NCBI GenBank assembly: GCA_965649215.1
Contig: CBFGJZ010000026.1
Span: 1-22,794, forward strand
Reading direction: 5' to 3'
Source of the DNA: a candidate division WOR-3 bacterium
GTDB taxonomy: Bacteria > Hydrothermota > Tepidihabitantia > Tepidihabitantales > CAIPLT01
DNA length: 22,794 bases
The notes under the pieces: model-generated
Seen by the model: the letters and a program-made list of their open reading frames with translations, nothing else
What the model was told of the DNA's origin: nothing
The model's database searches: none
Shown: in pieces, positions 1 to 8,129 of the stretch
Layout: every line of letters starts with the position of its first letter
How positions within the stretch are numbered: the stretch's first letter is position 1
Position numbers and translations under genes: made by a program

Positions 1-648
1 AATTGGACATATAATGAGTTGGAGACGATTCCGTTAGTACATCATCAGGTGCGTAAAAAGACCAAGGTTAGTGATGGTGGGGCAATGACAAGTGATGGTG
101 AGTATCTTTATGCGATTAAGGGTGGTGGTAAGGCAGATTTTTGGCGTTATAGTCCTGGGGAGCCGGGTAGTTGGAGTGCCTTAGATTCAGTGCCGATGTT
201 GGGTAATTCAAAGAAGTCGGTGCCCAAGAGCGGTGCGGGTTTGGCATATGCGAATGGGTTGATTTATCTTATTAAAGGTAATAATACACCTGAGTTTTGG
301 CAATATATGCCTGCCACGGGATCAGAAGAGCGGGTTTCAGATATGAGTTCTGCTATCAATGTTCAAGTTGATAACAGAAAGCCGCTGACTTATGATTCAA
401 AGCAGTTAATAGTGGTGATGCCGAATCCAATAAGGAATATGGCGACGATACGATACAAAGTACCGACTGCGGCTGAGGTATCATTAAGGCTCTATGATGC
501 GCGTGGAGTGATGGTAAAGACTTTATATGCGGGCTATAGTGAGCGTGGTTATTATTCGATAAATATATCTCATATTTCAAGTGGTGTTTATTTTGTGATA
601 TATTCTACGGCAATATCAACTCAAAAAATGAAGTTGATAGTTAAATAA
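1..648 (+). CDS. Secreted Kelch/beta-propeller-like repeat protein with C-terminal T9SS type A sorting (CTD)/FlgD-like domain, 5'-truncated by window edge
   Basis: Frame 1 is open from base 1 (NWTYNELETIP...) to TAA 646-648. Repeated blades YLYAIKGGGKADFWRY and IYLIKGNNTPEFWQY. C-terminal PNP...LYDARG.MVKTL...SSGVYFV...KLIVK matches the Por secretion CTD pattern. Confidence 0.75.
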   Translation, partial: NWTYNELETIPLVHHQVRKKTKVSDGGAMTSDGEYLYAIKGGGKADFWRYSPGEPGSWSALDSVPMLGNSKKSVPKSGAGLAYANGLIYLIKGNNTPEFWQYMPATGSEERVSDMSSAINVQVDNRKPLTYDSKQLIVVMPNPIRNMATIRYKVPTAAEVSLRLYDARGVMVKTLYAGYSERGYYSINISHISSGVYFVIYSTAISTQKMKLIVK

Positions 649-850
649 TTCTACAGAAAGAGTTAAAGCTAGAGCTTAAGTGAATCTGAAAATTGGAAGG
701 AGATAGATAAGTACATTTATGATCATAGTTATCGAAGAAGTCTGTTTAAGTGTAGTTGGTGTTATAAGTTTTTAGAATTTCATTAAATATTAATATAAGT
801 GTTAAATTAAACTTTTCAATGATAATTTAAAGACAAATAAATCTTAAAAA

Positions 851-972
851 TCCACCCTGTGGAGGGTATTATACGCCGTTGTTAACGATTTTTAGTTGTT
901 AATCATTGATTATGAATAAATTGTATTAAAAAATCTTCAAGACAAAAGGTAATAATCAGTTCACATTGTGGA
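851..972. repeat. Two copies of a TCCAC-N3-GTGGA-type palindrome (851-863, 960-972)
   Basis: TCCACCCTGTGGA at 851-863 (perfect arms) and TTCACATTGTGGA at 960-972 (one mismatch), in a convergent intergenic region. Confidence 0.45.
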
Positions 973-1014
973 TAGATTTTAAGGACTTTTTAGTATTAAG
1001 AAAACTTATAATGG

Positions 1015-3633
1015 TTATTTTGGTGGTTGTCCACTACTTCTTATCGTGGCAAGTATTTTTTCTAATTCTTCCTCGCTTTGAATTAAGACTTTGCGTGATT
1101 TAGAACCGACATACGGACCGACGATACCTACTTGCTCGAGTTGGTCAATAATCCGACCCGCTCTTGCCCAACCAACATCTAAACGGCGCTGGAGCATTGA
1201 AACGGATGCTTCTCGATGATGAAATACAATTCGGGCAGCTTTTTCAAAAAGTTCGTCGATTTCCCGAGTGGCGTTTTCACTTTCTGATTTAGAGATTTTA
1301 GGCATATCTAGTTCTTCAGATAAAGGTTTATGATATTCTTCTTGCCAGAGTTTTTCAGCAACATCTTCACTTAAAATTGAATAAAAAACTTCTTGTTTTC
1401 TTTTTAAGGATGCTTTTTCTCGGTCAATTAAAATATCTACGACTTGTTGTGTTACTAATGCGTGAGCAGTTTTAGCAGGGTTTTCTACTAAACCTTCTAA
1501 CCGCTCAGTGAGATAGCGGGTTGTCCATAAATCAACGATTTTACGAGTGGCTTGAGCTGAGACATAAGCACAATGTAAGCGAATCGGTTCACCTTTACCG
1601 GGCGGTAAAAAGAGCATATCCCCACGTCCCAATAATGCTTCAGCACCGTTCATATCCAAAATTGTGCGCGAATCGGTTTTGGAAGCAACTTGAAAAGCGA
1701 TCCGACAAGGAAAATTGGCTTTGATTAAACCCGTGATAACATCCACAGATGGTCGCTGCGTGGCTAAAACCAGATGAATACCCACGGCTCGAGACATTTG
1801 GGCTAACCGGGTAATTTTTTCTTCGATTTCAGTTGGAGCACGGATCATTAAATCGGCTAACTCATCAATTACAACCACAATATAAGGTTTTTTCTCAAGT
1901 CCTTCTTTTGGTGCGATTTGATTATAACCAGCAATATCACGAACCCCAAGATTAGCAAAAATACCGTAACGAGCTTCCATAATCGCAATGATACGGTCAA
2001 GTTCTTTAATCGCGTGTTTAGGATCAGTGGTAGTCGTATTGAGTAAATGAGGAATTGGATTATAAACTGGTAGTTCTAATTGTTTGGGATCAATGGTAAG
2101 AAATCGTACTTCTTTTTGAGAAGAACGAAAGATAATCGAACTAATCATTGTATTAATACAGACACTTTTGCCTGAACCGGTCGTACCCGCAATTAAAACA
2201 TGAGGCATCTCGCGTAAATCAGCGACATAACTTTCACCAGTAATGGTTTCACCTAATGCAAATGTTAAGGGTGAAGTTTTTGAAGTGTATTCTTCACTGG
2301 TTAAGACGTCACGGAGATAAACGATTCGACGGTCTTTGTTAGGTACTTCGATACCCACCGCAGCTTTGCCAGGTATTGGTGCTAAAATTCTAATCCGCTC
2401 TGCTTTCAGGGATAATGCTAAATCATCAGCTAAGTTTTCTATGCGTTGAATCTTAATCCCTGGCGCAGGTTCTAATTCAAAACGAGTAATCATCGGACCG
2501 GTAAGAATTTCGCTTACTTTGCAATCAATGCCAAACTCTTTTAACTTTTCAATCAGTAATTCAGCTTCTTGTTTAAGTTCTTTTTCATCAATCACCATCT
2601 TTTCCTTAGGTGGTATGTCTAAACTCGATAGGAACTCATTTTGGAATGCTTGTTCATCAAATTGTGCTTCTAAAACTGGCTTTTTACTTTCGGATTTATT
2701 TTTGAGCGAAGGCGTGGCTTTGTCAGTTACGATAATTGGTTTTGATGCTTCTTCCAAAAGAGACGGTTCTTGCATTTTATTTTGGGGCGACTCGATAACT
2801 TTAGAATTTGATTTAGTTTTCTGTTCAGGGGGAGTAACGATAAAATGGTAAATCCACTTAAGAATTGATAAAACAACCCGTCCTATTAATTTTATAAAAT
2901 TAAATAAGACACGAGCAGGTTTTTTGAAGTAGTTGAAAATATGTGTATAATATAGGATGACAATTAACCAGATTCCGATAATGACAACAAAATTCCCCCA
3001 CCAACCAATTAGATGATTAATCGCTTTAATTATAGTATAACTTAAAATACCACCAAACAAAAAATGAAAATTATGCCAATAGCTTTTGGGAATGAAAAAA
3101 GTAATTGTTAATTGAATTAATATTAAGAGAAGGAAAACTAATAAACTATTACGAAGATATGTTTTTTTTCGGTCGGATTTAAGATAGGGAATTAGATAAA
3201 AGAGCAAAAACAGTGGGATAAAAAAAGTAATAAATAATCCTAAATATTTAAAACTTAGACTGCTGATTATGGTACCCCAATAACCTCCATAATTTTTAAA
3301 CACAGAGGATAAGCCAAGAGCGAATGCAATGAAACAACAAAACAGATAAATTCCAATCAACCAAAGAATTATTAAACCAAAATGTTGTTTTAACCAGCTA
3401 TTACCTAAAATGACAATTGCAAAAAGCAATATCACAAACGCAATTATGTAAGCACCGTAATTAAATCCAAAAACAAGCCATCCACCAATGTATTTACCAA
3501 TTATACCAATTGCTCTTTGTTTAAGAAACTGATAAGAAAAAATGCTAACTAATATAAAAGCGGCCAAACAAATTAAGATAATGGCAAAGGTAAGTTTTAA
3601 TTTGTCGGAGCGGCTTTTTGATTTAGTTTTCAT
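1015..3633 (-). CDS. ftsK: DNA translocase FtsK/SpoIIIE
   Basis: Multi-TM N-terminus, alpha domain (GPMITRFE, PIPGKAAVGIEVPN), Walker A AGTTGSGKS, Walker B VVVIDELAD, LATQRPSVDVITGLIKAN, GAEALLGRGDML, and C-terminal gamma domain (ASVSMLQRRL...RAGRIID). Confidence 0.97.
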   Translation of the reverse strand: MKTKSKSRSDKLKLTFAIILICLAAFILVSIFSYQFLKQRAIGIIGKYIGGWLVFGFNYGAYIIAFVILLFAIVILGNSWLKQHFGLIILWLIGIYLFCCFIAFALGLSSVFKNYGGYWGTIISSLSFKYLGLFITFFIPLFLLFYLIPYLKSDRKKTYLRNSLLVFLLLILIQLTITFFIPKSYWHNFHFLFGGILSYTIIKAINHLIGWWGNFVVIIGIWLIVILYYTHIFNYFKKPARVLFNFIKLIGRVVLSILKWIYHFIVTPPEQKTKSNSKVIESPQNKMQEPSLLEEASKPIIVTDKATPSLKNKSESKKPVLEAQFDEQAFQNEFLSSLDIPPKEKMVIDEKELKQEAELLIEKLKEFGIDCKVSEILTGPMITRFELEPAPGIKIQRIENLADDLALSLKAERIRILAPIPGKAAVGIEVPNKDRRIVYLRDVLTSEEYTSKTSPLTFALGETITGESYVADLREMPHVLIAGTTGSGKSVCINTMISSIIFRSSQKEVRFLTIDPKQLELPVYNPIPHLLNTTTTDPKHAIKELDRIIAIMEARYGIFANLGVRDIAGYNQIAPKEGLEKKPYIVVVIDELADLMIRAPTEIEEKITRLAQMSRAVGIHLVLATQRPSVDVITGLIKANFPCRIAFQVASKTDSRTILDMNGAEALLGRGDMLFLPPGKGEPIRLHCAYVSAQATRKIVDLWTTRYLTERLEGLVENPAKTAHALVTQQVVDILIDREKASLKRKQEVFYSILSEDVAEKLWQEEYHKPLSEELDMPKISKSESENATREIDELFEKAARIVFHHREASVSMLQRRLDVGWARAGRIIDQLEQVGIVGPYVGSKSRKVLIQSEEELEKILATIRSSGQPPK

Positions 3634-4250
3634 TGACCAATTACGATACTTGAGAATAATTTGATAACAGGCTGAATAATTAGTTGAAAAATCGAAAAAT
3701 TGGCAAAGTTGCTGAGGACAATCAACCCCAGCAAAAGATAAATGCCATAAAACTCTAATCGAGCGTAATATTTCAGCATATTATCTGGTAAAAGATAATA
3801 GACAATTTTTGAACCGTCAAGGGGTGGAATAGGGATTAAATTAAAAGTACCGAGAATAATATTATAATAGAAGAACATTAAAACTAATGAGATCAAAAAA
3901 TAGTTATTTATCTGCAGTGCATAAAAAGATCTGATTATAACACCAAAGATAATCGCAGCGAGGAAATTAGCCGCCGGACCAGCTAAAGATGAGAGCATAA
4001 TATCTCGTTTAGGTGAACGAAAATAGATCGGATTGATTGGTACGGGTTTTGCCCAACCCATACGGAATAGCAAGAGACTTATAGTACCAATTGGGTCTAA
4101 ATGTTTAAATGGATTTAATGTTAATCGATTAGCATATTTAGCAGTCGGATCACCGAGCTTTAGGGCAATGAGGCCATGCGCATATTCATGGATGGTTAAG
4201 CAAAATAAGATTGCGGGTATTGATAAAATCAGAGATTGAACGTCAAACAT
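3630..4250 (-). CDS. Site-2 protease family (M50) zinc metalloprotease
   Basis: HEYAH zinc motif, LGDPTA, GWAKPVP, LAGPAAN and FNLIPIPPLDG motifs. Its stop overlaps the ftsK ATG (ATGA). Confidence 0.95.
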   Translation of the reverse strand: MFDVQSLILSIPAILFCLTIHEYAHGLIALKLGDPTAKYANRLTLNPFKHLDPIGTISLLLFRMGWAKPVPINPIYFRSPKRDIMLSSLAGPAANFLAAIIFGVIIRSFYALQINNYFLISLVLMFFYYNIILGTFNLIPIPPLDGSKIVYYLLPDNMLKYYARLEFYGIYLLLGLIVLSNFANFSIFQLIIQPVIKLFSSIVIGQ

Positions 4251-5457
4251 TTCGATATTTTTGCTTTATATATTCTATTTCATCAGATTTATTTTTGATT
4301 ACACCATCTAATTTAAGCAATTTTAGTTCACTTAAAATCTGCGAATAAATCGGGCCGGGTTTGATTTGTAAACTTTGTAGAGTTTTGCCATCGGTAAAAA
4401 CTTTTACTTGACGATATTTTGTTTGAAAGCTTTTAATTTTATTACTAATTGTTTTGCTTTCCAGACATCGCAATATTTTTAATGATAGATCAGGAAAACA
4501 ATTAAGTGTTTTATAGATGTAACTTGGTTTTTTTATCTTTATTAGGTTAGGTTTAATTTTGTAAAAGTTGTGCAATGCTTTTACATTTTCCGTAATTGAT
4601 TTTGAAAGCGGATAATGCTGCCATTTTTTTATCGGTAAATAAAAAAATAAATGTATTAGTTTGAGTTCTTGGCTTAGTAATTTTTGTTCGGCAAAAAACT
4701 TAGTTGGTAAATAAGTATGATATAGTTTTTTAAAAATTTGGTATTGATTTAATGCTTTCAGAATTTCAACGTTTTTCTTCTCTTGTATTATCTTCTGCAA
4801 TTCGTATAAGATGCGTTCACCCGATAGGAGTTGCAGATGATTATTTCGGATTGCTTCTAAGAGAAGATATTTGGTTTGATATTCGAGTTGGAAATTAAAA
4901 CGATAGGCAAATCGTATAGCACGAAAGATACGAGTTGGATCATCGATAAAACTTTTGGGATGGAGAATACGAATTAATTTATTTTTAATATCAATTTGAC
5001 CTGAAAAGGGGTCGAGAATCAGATATTTTTTACAATTTAAAAAGTCAGGGGTGATTTCAATCGCCATTGCATTAATGGTAAAATCACGGCGGGCTAAATC
5101 ATCATATATTAAAGCAGGATTTACTTTGGGGAGAGCGGCTGGACGCGGATAATGTTCTTGACGAGTTTGAGCAATGTCAATGCGACGCGATTGATTTAAT
5201 TGCAAAGTCATTGTCATAAACTGAGGGTAATTAGTCATACTTGCCTTGATTTTCTTTGCTAAGGCCAGACCAATCTCATAATATCTATTTTCCACAGCAA
5301 TATCTAAATCAATTTTATCTAAATTCAATTTGGTTTGATACATTACTAGATCACGAACCGGGCCACCAACTAAAAAAATTCGTACCCCATGTGCAGCAGC
5401 GATCTGAGTGAGTATTTGCAGGATTTGTAGCGCAGTCTTAATGCTTATCTCCGCCAA
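4243..5457 (-). CDS. Class II tRNA nucleotidyltransferase (CCA- or A-adding type)
   Basis: LVGGPVRD..DLDIA (motif A), RRDFTINAMA, DPFSG..D, DDPTRIFRAIRF, LSGERI. Start uncertain: TTG at 5457 is preferred over 5523 because it reduces the overlap with the upstream gene. Confidence 0.9.
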   Translation of the reverse strand: MAEISIKTALQILQILTQIAAAHGVRIFLVGGPVRDLVMYQTKLNLDKIDLDIAVENRYYEIGLALAKKIKASMTNYPQFMTMTLQLNQSRRIDIAQTRQEHYPRPAALPKVNPALIYDDLARRDFTINAMAIEITPDFLNCKKYLILDPFSGQIDIKNKLIRILHPKSFIDDPTRIFRAIRFAYRFNFQLEYQTKYLLLEAIRNNHLQLLSGERILYELQKIIQEKKNVEILKALNQYQIFKKLYHTYLPTKFFAEQKLLSQELKLIHLFFYLPIKKWQHYPLSKSITENVKALHNFYKIKPNLIKIKKPSYIYKTLNCFPDLSLKILRCLESKTISNKIKSFQTKYRQVKVFTDGKTLQSLQIKPGPIYSQILSELKLLKLDGVIKNKSDEIEYIKQKYRNV

Positions 5458-5755
5458 TAAAACCAAAACCTTTAGCTGTTTCTTCTTTGGAGATGAGTTT
5501 AATTTTACCAAATCGATCTTCAAATTTTTTTAAGTTATCATCTAAAGCATTACGCAACAACATTGCGTGTTGGGGTGTCATTACGATTCGAGCAAACACT
5601 TTTGCTTTAGGTAAGCCTGGTAGGATTCGGGCAAAGTCAATAATAAATTCAGATGGCGAATGGGCAATTAATACAAAATTCGAAAATATTCCTTCGGCTT
5701 CTTTTTCACCAATTTCAATATTAATTTGTTGCTGCGGTTTTATTTCTTCGTTCAT
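5438..5755 (-). CDS. DUF3467 domain-containing protein
   Basis: QINIE...AEGIFSNFVLIAHSPSEFIIDF...PKAKVFARIVMTPQHA..L..AL.DN...FE..FG.I pattern. Strong SD AAAGGAG before ATG 5755. Confidence 0.85.
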   Translation of the reverse strand: MNEEIKPQQQINIEIGEKEAEGIFSNFVLIAHSPSEFIIDFARILPGLPKAKVFARIVMTPQHAMLLRNALDDNLKKFEDRFGKIKLISKEETAKGFGFIGGDKH

Positions 5756-5792
5756 TTTTTTCTCCTTTTTGAAAAATAACATAGATTATTTT

Positions 5793-5821
5793 ATCTTACT
5801 CTTAAAAATACTAAAAGTCAA
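5793..5821 (-). promoter_or_regulatory. Putative sigma70 promoter of the DUF3467-nucleotidyltransferase-M50-ftsK operon
   Basis: TTGACT (5821-5816), 17 nt, TAAGAT (5798-5793) on the minus strand. Confidence 0.6.
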
Positions 5822-5932
5822 TTAGATATTAAGTTTTGTTATATGCTTTTTATTCTTTTACTTTAAATTACACAAATAAAACTAATATTATGAGCAAGTT
5901 TTCTTTCTTTTATCTTTTAGTTTGTATCTGGG

Positions 5933-5960
5933 TTGACATTATTAAGGAAATGTGTATATT
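5933..5960 (+). promoter_or_regulatory. Putative sigma70 promoter of the methyltransferase gene
   Basis: TTGACA (5933-5938), 16 nt, TATATT (5955-5960). Confidence 0.6.
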
Positions 5961-5968
5961 GATTTGTG

Positions 5969-6721
5969 ATGTCTGAACCGATCCAAGTTGAACGATTCAG
6001 TGGTTTTGCTGAGTTCTATGATGAGTTTATGTTACGTTTGGTGAATTATAGCGCTTGGGTTAATTATATCGTTGATATTTTTAATAAAAAAAAGGCAGTG
6101 GTCCAGACAATTCTGGATTTGGCTTGTGGCAGTGGGATTCCTACTTTATTGTTCGCACAAAAAGGTTATCAAATAGTAGGTCTTGATATCTCAGAAGAAA
6201 TGCTTAAAGTTTTTAAAGACAAGTTAGTTAAAAATTCATATCGTATTTCGTTAGTTCACGCAGACATGCGTAACTTTGCAATTCCTGAAAAAGTCGATGC
6301 GGTAGTTTGTTTATATGACAGTATGAATTATCTTTTAACATTGCAAGATTTACTTGCTTGTTTTAATTGTGTTGCTAATTGTCTTAAACCCAACGGTCTT
6401 TTTATTTTTGATATGAACACAATTTATTGTTTAGCGTCATTCTGGGATAATCGCGAGACCCCGCGACAGATCGGTGATATTTATTCGCTTTGGCTTAATC
6501 ACTACGATCCGCGGTCCCAAATTTCTACTTTACAATTAACTGTTTTTACGAAGGACGGGAGACTTTTTAGAGAAATTCACCAAGAACGAGGATATGAAGA
6601 AAGTGTGATTAGGGATGCATTATTAAAGGCAAATTTTCAAGGTGTTGATTTTTATGAACACCTAACATTTAAGCCCATAAATAATAAGACCTTACGCATG
6701 ATGGTGGTTGCTCAAAAGTGA
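5969..6721 (+). CDS. Class I SAM-dependent methyltransferase
   Basis: FAEFYD N-terminus, motif I ILDLACGSG, GLDISEEML, ADMRNF, CLYDSMNY, LKPNGLFIFD. Start is ATG 5969 or GTG 5966. Confidence 0.92.
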   Translation: MSEPIQVERFSGFAEFYDEFMLRLVNYSAWVNYIVDIFNKKKAVVQTILDLACGSGIPTLLFAQKGYQIVGLDISEEMLKVFKDKLVKNSYRISLVHADMRNFAIPEKVDAVVCLYDSMNYLLTLQDLLACFNCVANCLKPNGLFIFDMNTIYCLASFWDNRETPRQIGDIYSLWLNHYDPRSQISTLQLTVFTKDGRLFREIHQERGYEESVIRDALLKANFQGVDFYEHLTFKPINNKTLRMMVVAQK

Positions 6722-6738
6722 CTTGAATATTTTTTGAA

Positions 6739-7530
6739 TTAGCGCTTTACTATAACCTTTTCAAGCTGATGCTTTGATGTGCTGATTAATTCTACAAAGT
6801 AGATACCCGACGGAAGATTTTGACAATCGATACACCAATGAGTGTTATTATCTTGTTTCGGGAGTATTCTTTTATGTCCATTAATGTCATATATTAGAAT
6901 TTGTATGTTTTCATCAACATGCTTGTTTAAATACAAGTAATTTTTTACAGGATTTGGATAAAGTTGATAATTTATCGGTTTGCTGTGAAAACAAGTATTA
7001 TCGGCAATGCTGTTGAGAGCAGTATCGGTTAGAGTTACATCGTCAACAGTCAGAGATATAGAGGGTAAGGTGACGATATTTATATTAACAATCATGGCGC
7101 TTTCAGGACAAGTAACAATTTGATGATATCGTTGCCAATTTAGCGAGCGATAAATTGGGATTATCACAGGATTGCCAATAACTGATCCTGAGAGATTAAA
7201 CCAATTGATGATAAAAGATCCTGCAATAATGGCATTAGTTTTACACCACCCTGAAAAAGAATAAGTATTGTTGCTGAAACAAATTGATGCGGTTAAGGCA
7301 AAAGCAGAAGTATCACTACCATTTAATCTTAACGCATATAATCCAGAATGAGCATCACTAACTCTAATCGCGGATCCAGAATCGGTTGCTTCTGATGTAT
7401 ACCAACCAAAAGGCATTCGAACTCCTAGCGAATCAATCCAATATTCAAAACTTGAATTAAGAATAATATTTTGGGCTGAGACATTAGAAATTATGCATAA
7501 AAATACACACACCAAAATTTGCCAATGCAT
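6739..7530 (-). CDS. Small secreted protein: signal peptide, CBM4/9-like jelly-roll domain, T9SS CTD-like domain
   Basis: ATG 7530 gives the signal peptide MHWQILVCVFLCIISNVSA|QN. NSSFEYW..P.GW...AHSG.YAL...VDDV pattern. C-terminal LYPNPVKN...IYDING...LPSGIYFV...KVIVKR. Confidence 0.75.
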   Translation of the reverse strand: MHWQILVCVFLCIISNVSAQNIILNSSFEYWIDSLGVRMPFGWYTSEATDSGSAIRVSDAHSGLYALRLNGSDTSAFALTASICFSNNTYSFSGWCKTNAIIAGSFIINWFNLSGSVIGNPVIIPIYRSLNWQRYHQIVTCPESAMIVNINIVTLPSISLTVDDVTLTDTALNSIADNTCFHSKPINYQLYPNPVKNYLYLNKHVDENIQILIYDINGHKRILPKQDNNTHWCIDCQNLPSGIYFVELISTSKHQLEKVIVKR

Positions 7531-7534
7531 CCAA

Positions 7535-8119
7535 TTATTTAATGATTTTCTTACCAATTTGGAATGCTTTGAGATTAAGTTCTAAAAACTTGGGTTTAAT
7601 ATTTTCAAGTATTGCCTGTTCATAAAGTTTATCATCGAAACGAAGAAAACGAGATAAAGCACCGAGCATGATAATGTTTTGCGTGCGTGCTTCGCCTAAT
7701 TCTAAAGCATACTTGAATGCTTCAATTTCATAGACTTGTTGCGTTTGACTGCGGATTCGCTCTAAGATATCATTAGGATATTGCATTGCTCCAGTTAAGA
7801 CGGGCATCGGTGCTAATTCTAAAGTATCGGTTAAAACTTTACCTTTTGGTGAAAGATAATGGAGATATCTCAGCGTCTCTAATTTTTCCAAGCCGACAAT
7901 AAAATCAGCAGTGGTTTCTTCAATTAGAGGAGAAAAGATTTTTTCGCCAAACCGCAACTGACTTATTACACTGCCACCACGTTGAGCCATACCATGAACT
8001 TCACTTTTTTTTACATCTAAGCCATCAGACATTGCTACCGCTGCTAAAATATCAGTGAATAGTAAAACTCCTTGACCACCAACTCCGCAACAGATCAAAT
8101 TTATGTTTTTAGTTTTCAT
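7535..8119 (-). CDS. iorB: Indolepyruvate:ferredoxin oxidoreductase beta subunit
   Basis: GVGGQGVL, KKSEVHGMAQRGGSV, FSPLI, NIIMLGA, N.KAF..G. SD AGGAG before ATG 8119. Confidence 0.93.
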   Translation of the reverse strand: MKTKNINLICCGVGGQGVLLFTDILAAVAMSDGLDVKKSEVHGMAQRGGSVISQLRFGEKIFSPLIEETTADFIVGLEKLETLRYLHYLSPKGKVLTDTLELAPMPVLTGAMQYPNDILERIRSQTQQVYEIEAFKYALELGEARTQNIIMLGALSRFLRFDDKLYEQAILENIKPKFLELNLKAFQIGKKIIK

Positions 8120-8129
8120 TTTATAACTC

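Noticed and set aside
697..775. 18-aa hydrophobic ORF (ATG 719 to TAG 775) after AAGGAG
   Set aside because: The SD-to-ATG distance is 16 nt, too long, and there is no other support.
780..807. dif-like sequence near ftsK (AAGTGTTAAAT resembles the XerD arm)
   Set aside because: Only 8/11 match in very AT-rich DNA and no XerC arm.
649..1014. oriC call for the intergenic region
   Set aside because: Only one near-consensus DnaA box, no dnaA, dnaN or gidA neighbours, and no obvious strand-composition switch by eye (plus-strand genes on both sides look G/T-rich). Kept only as a motif finding.
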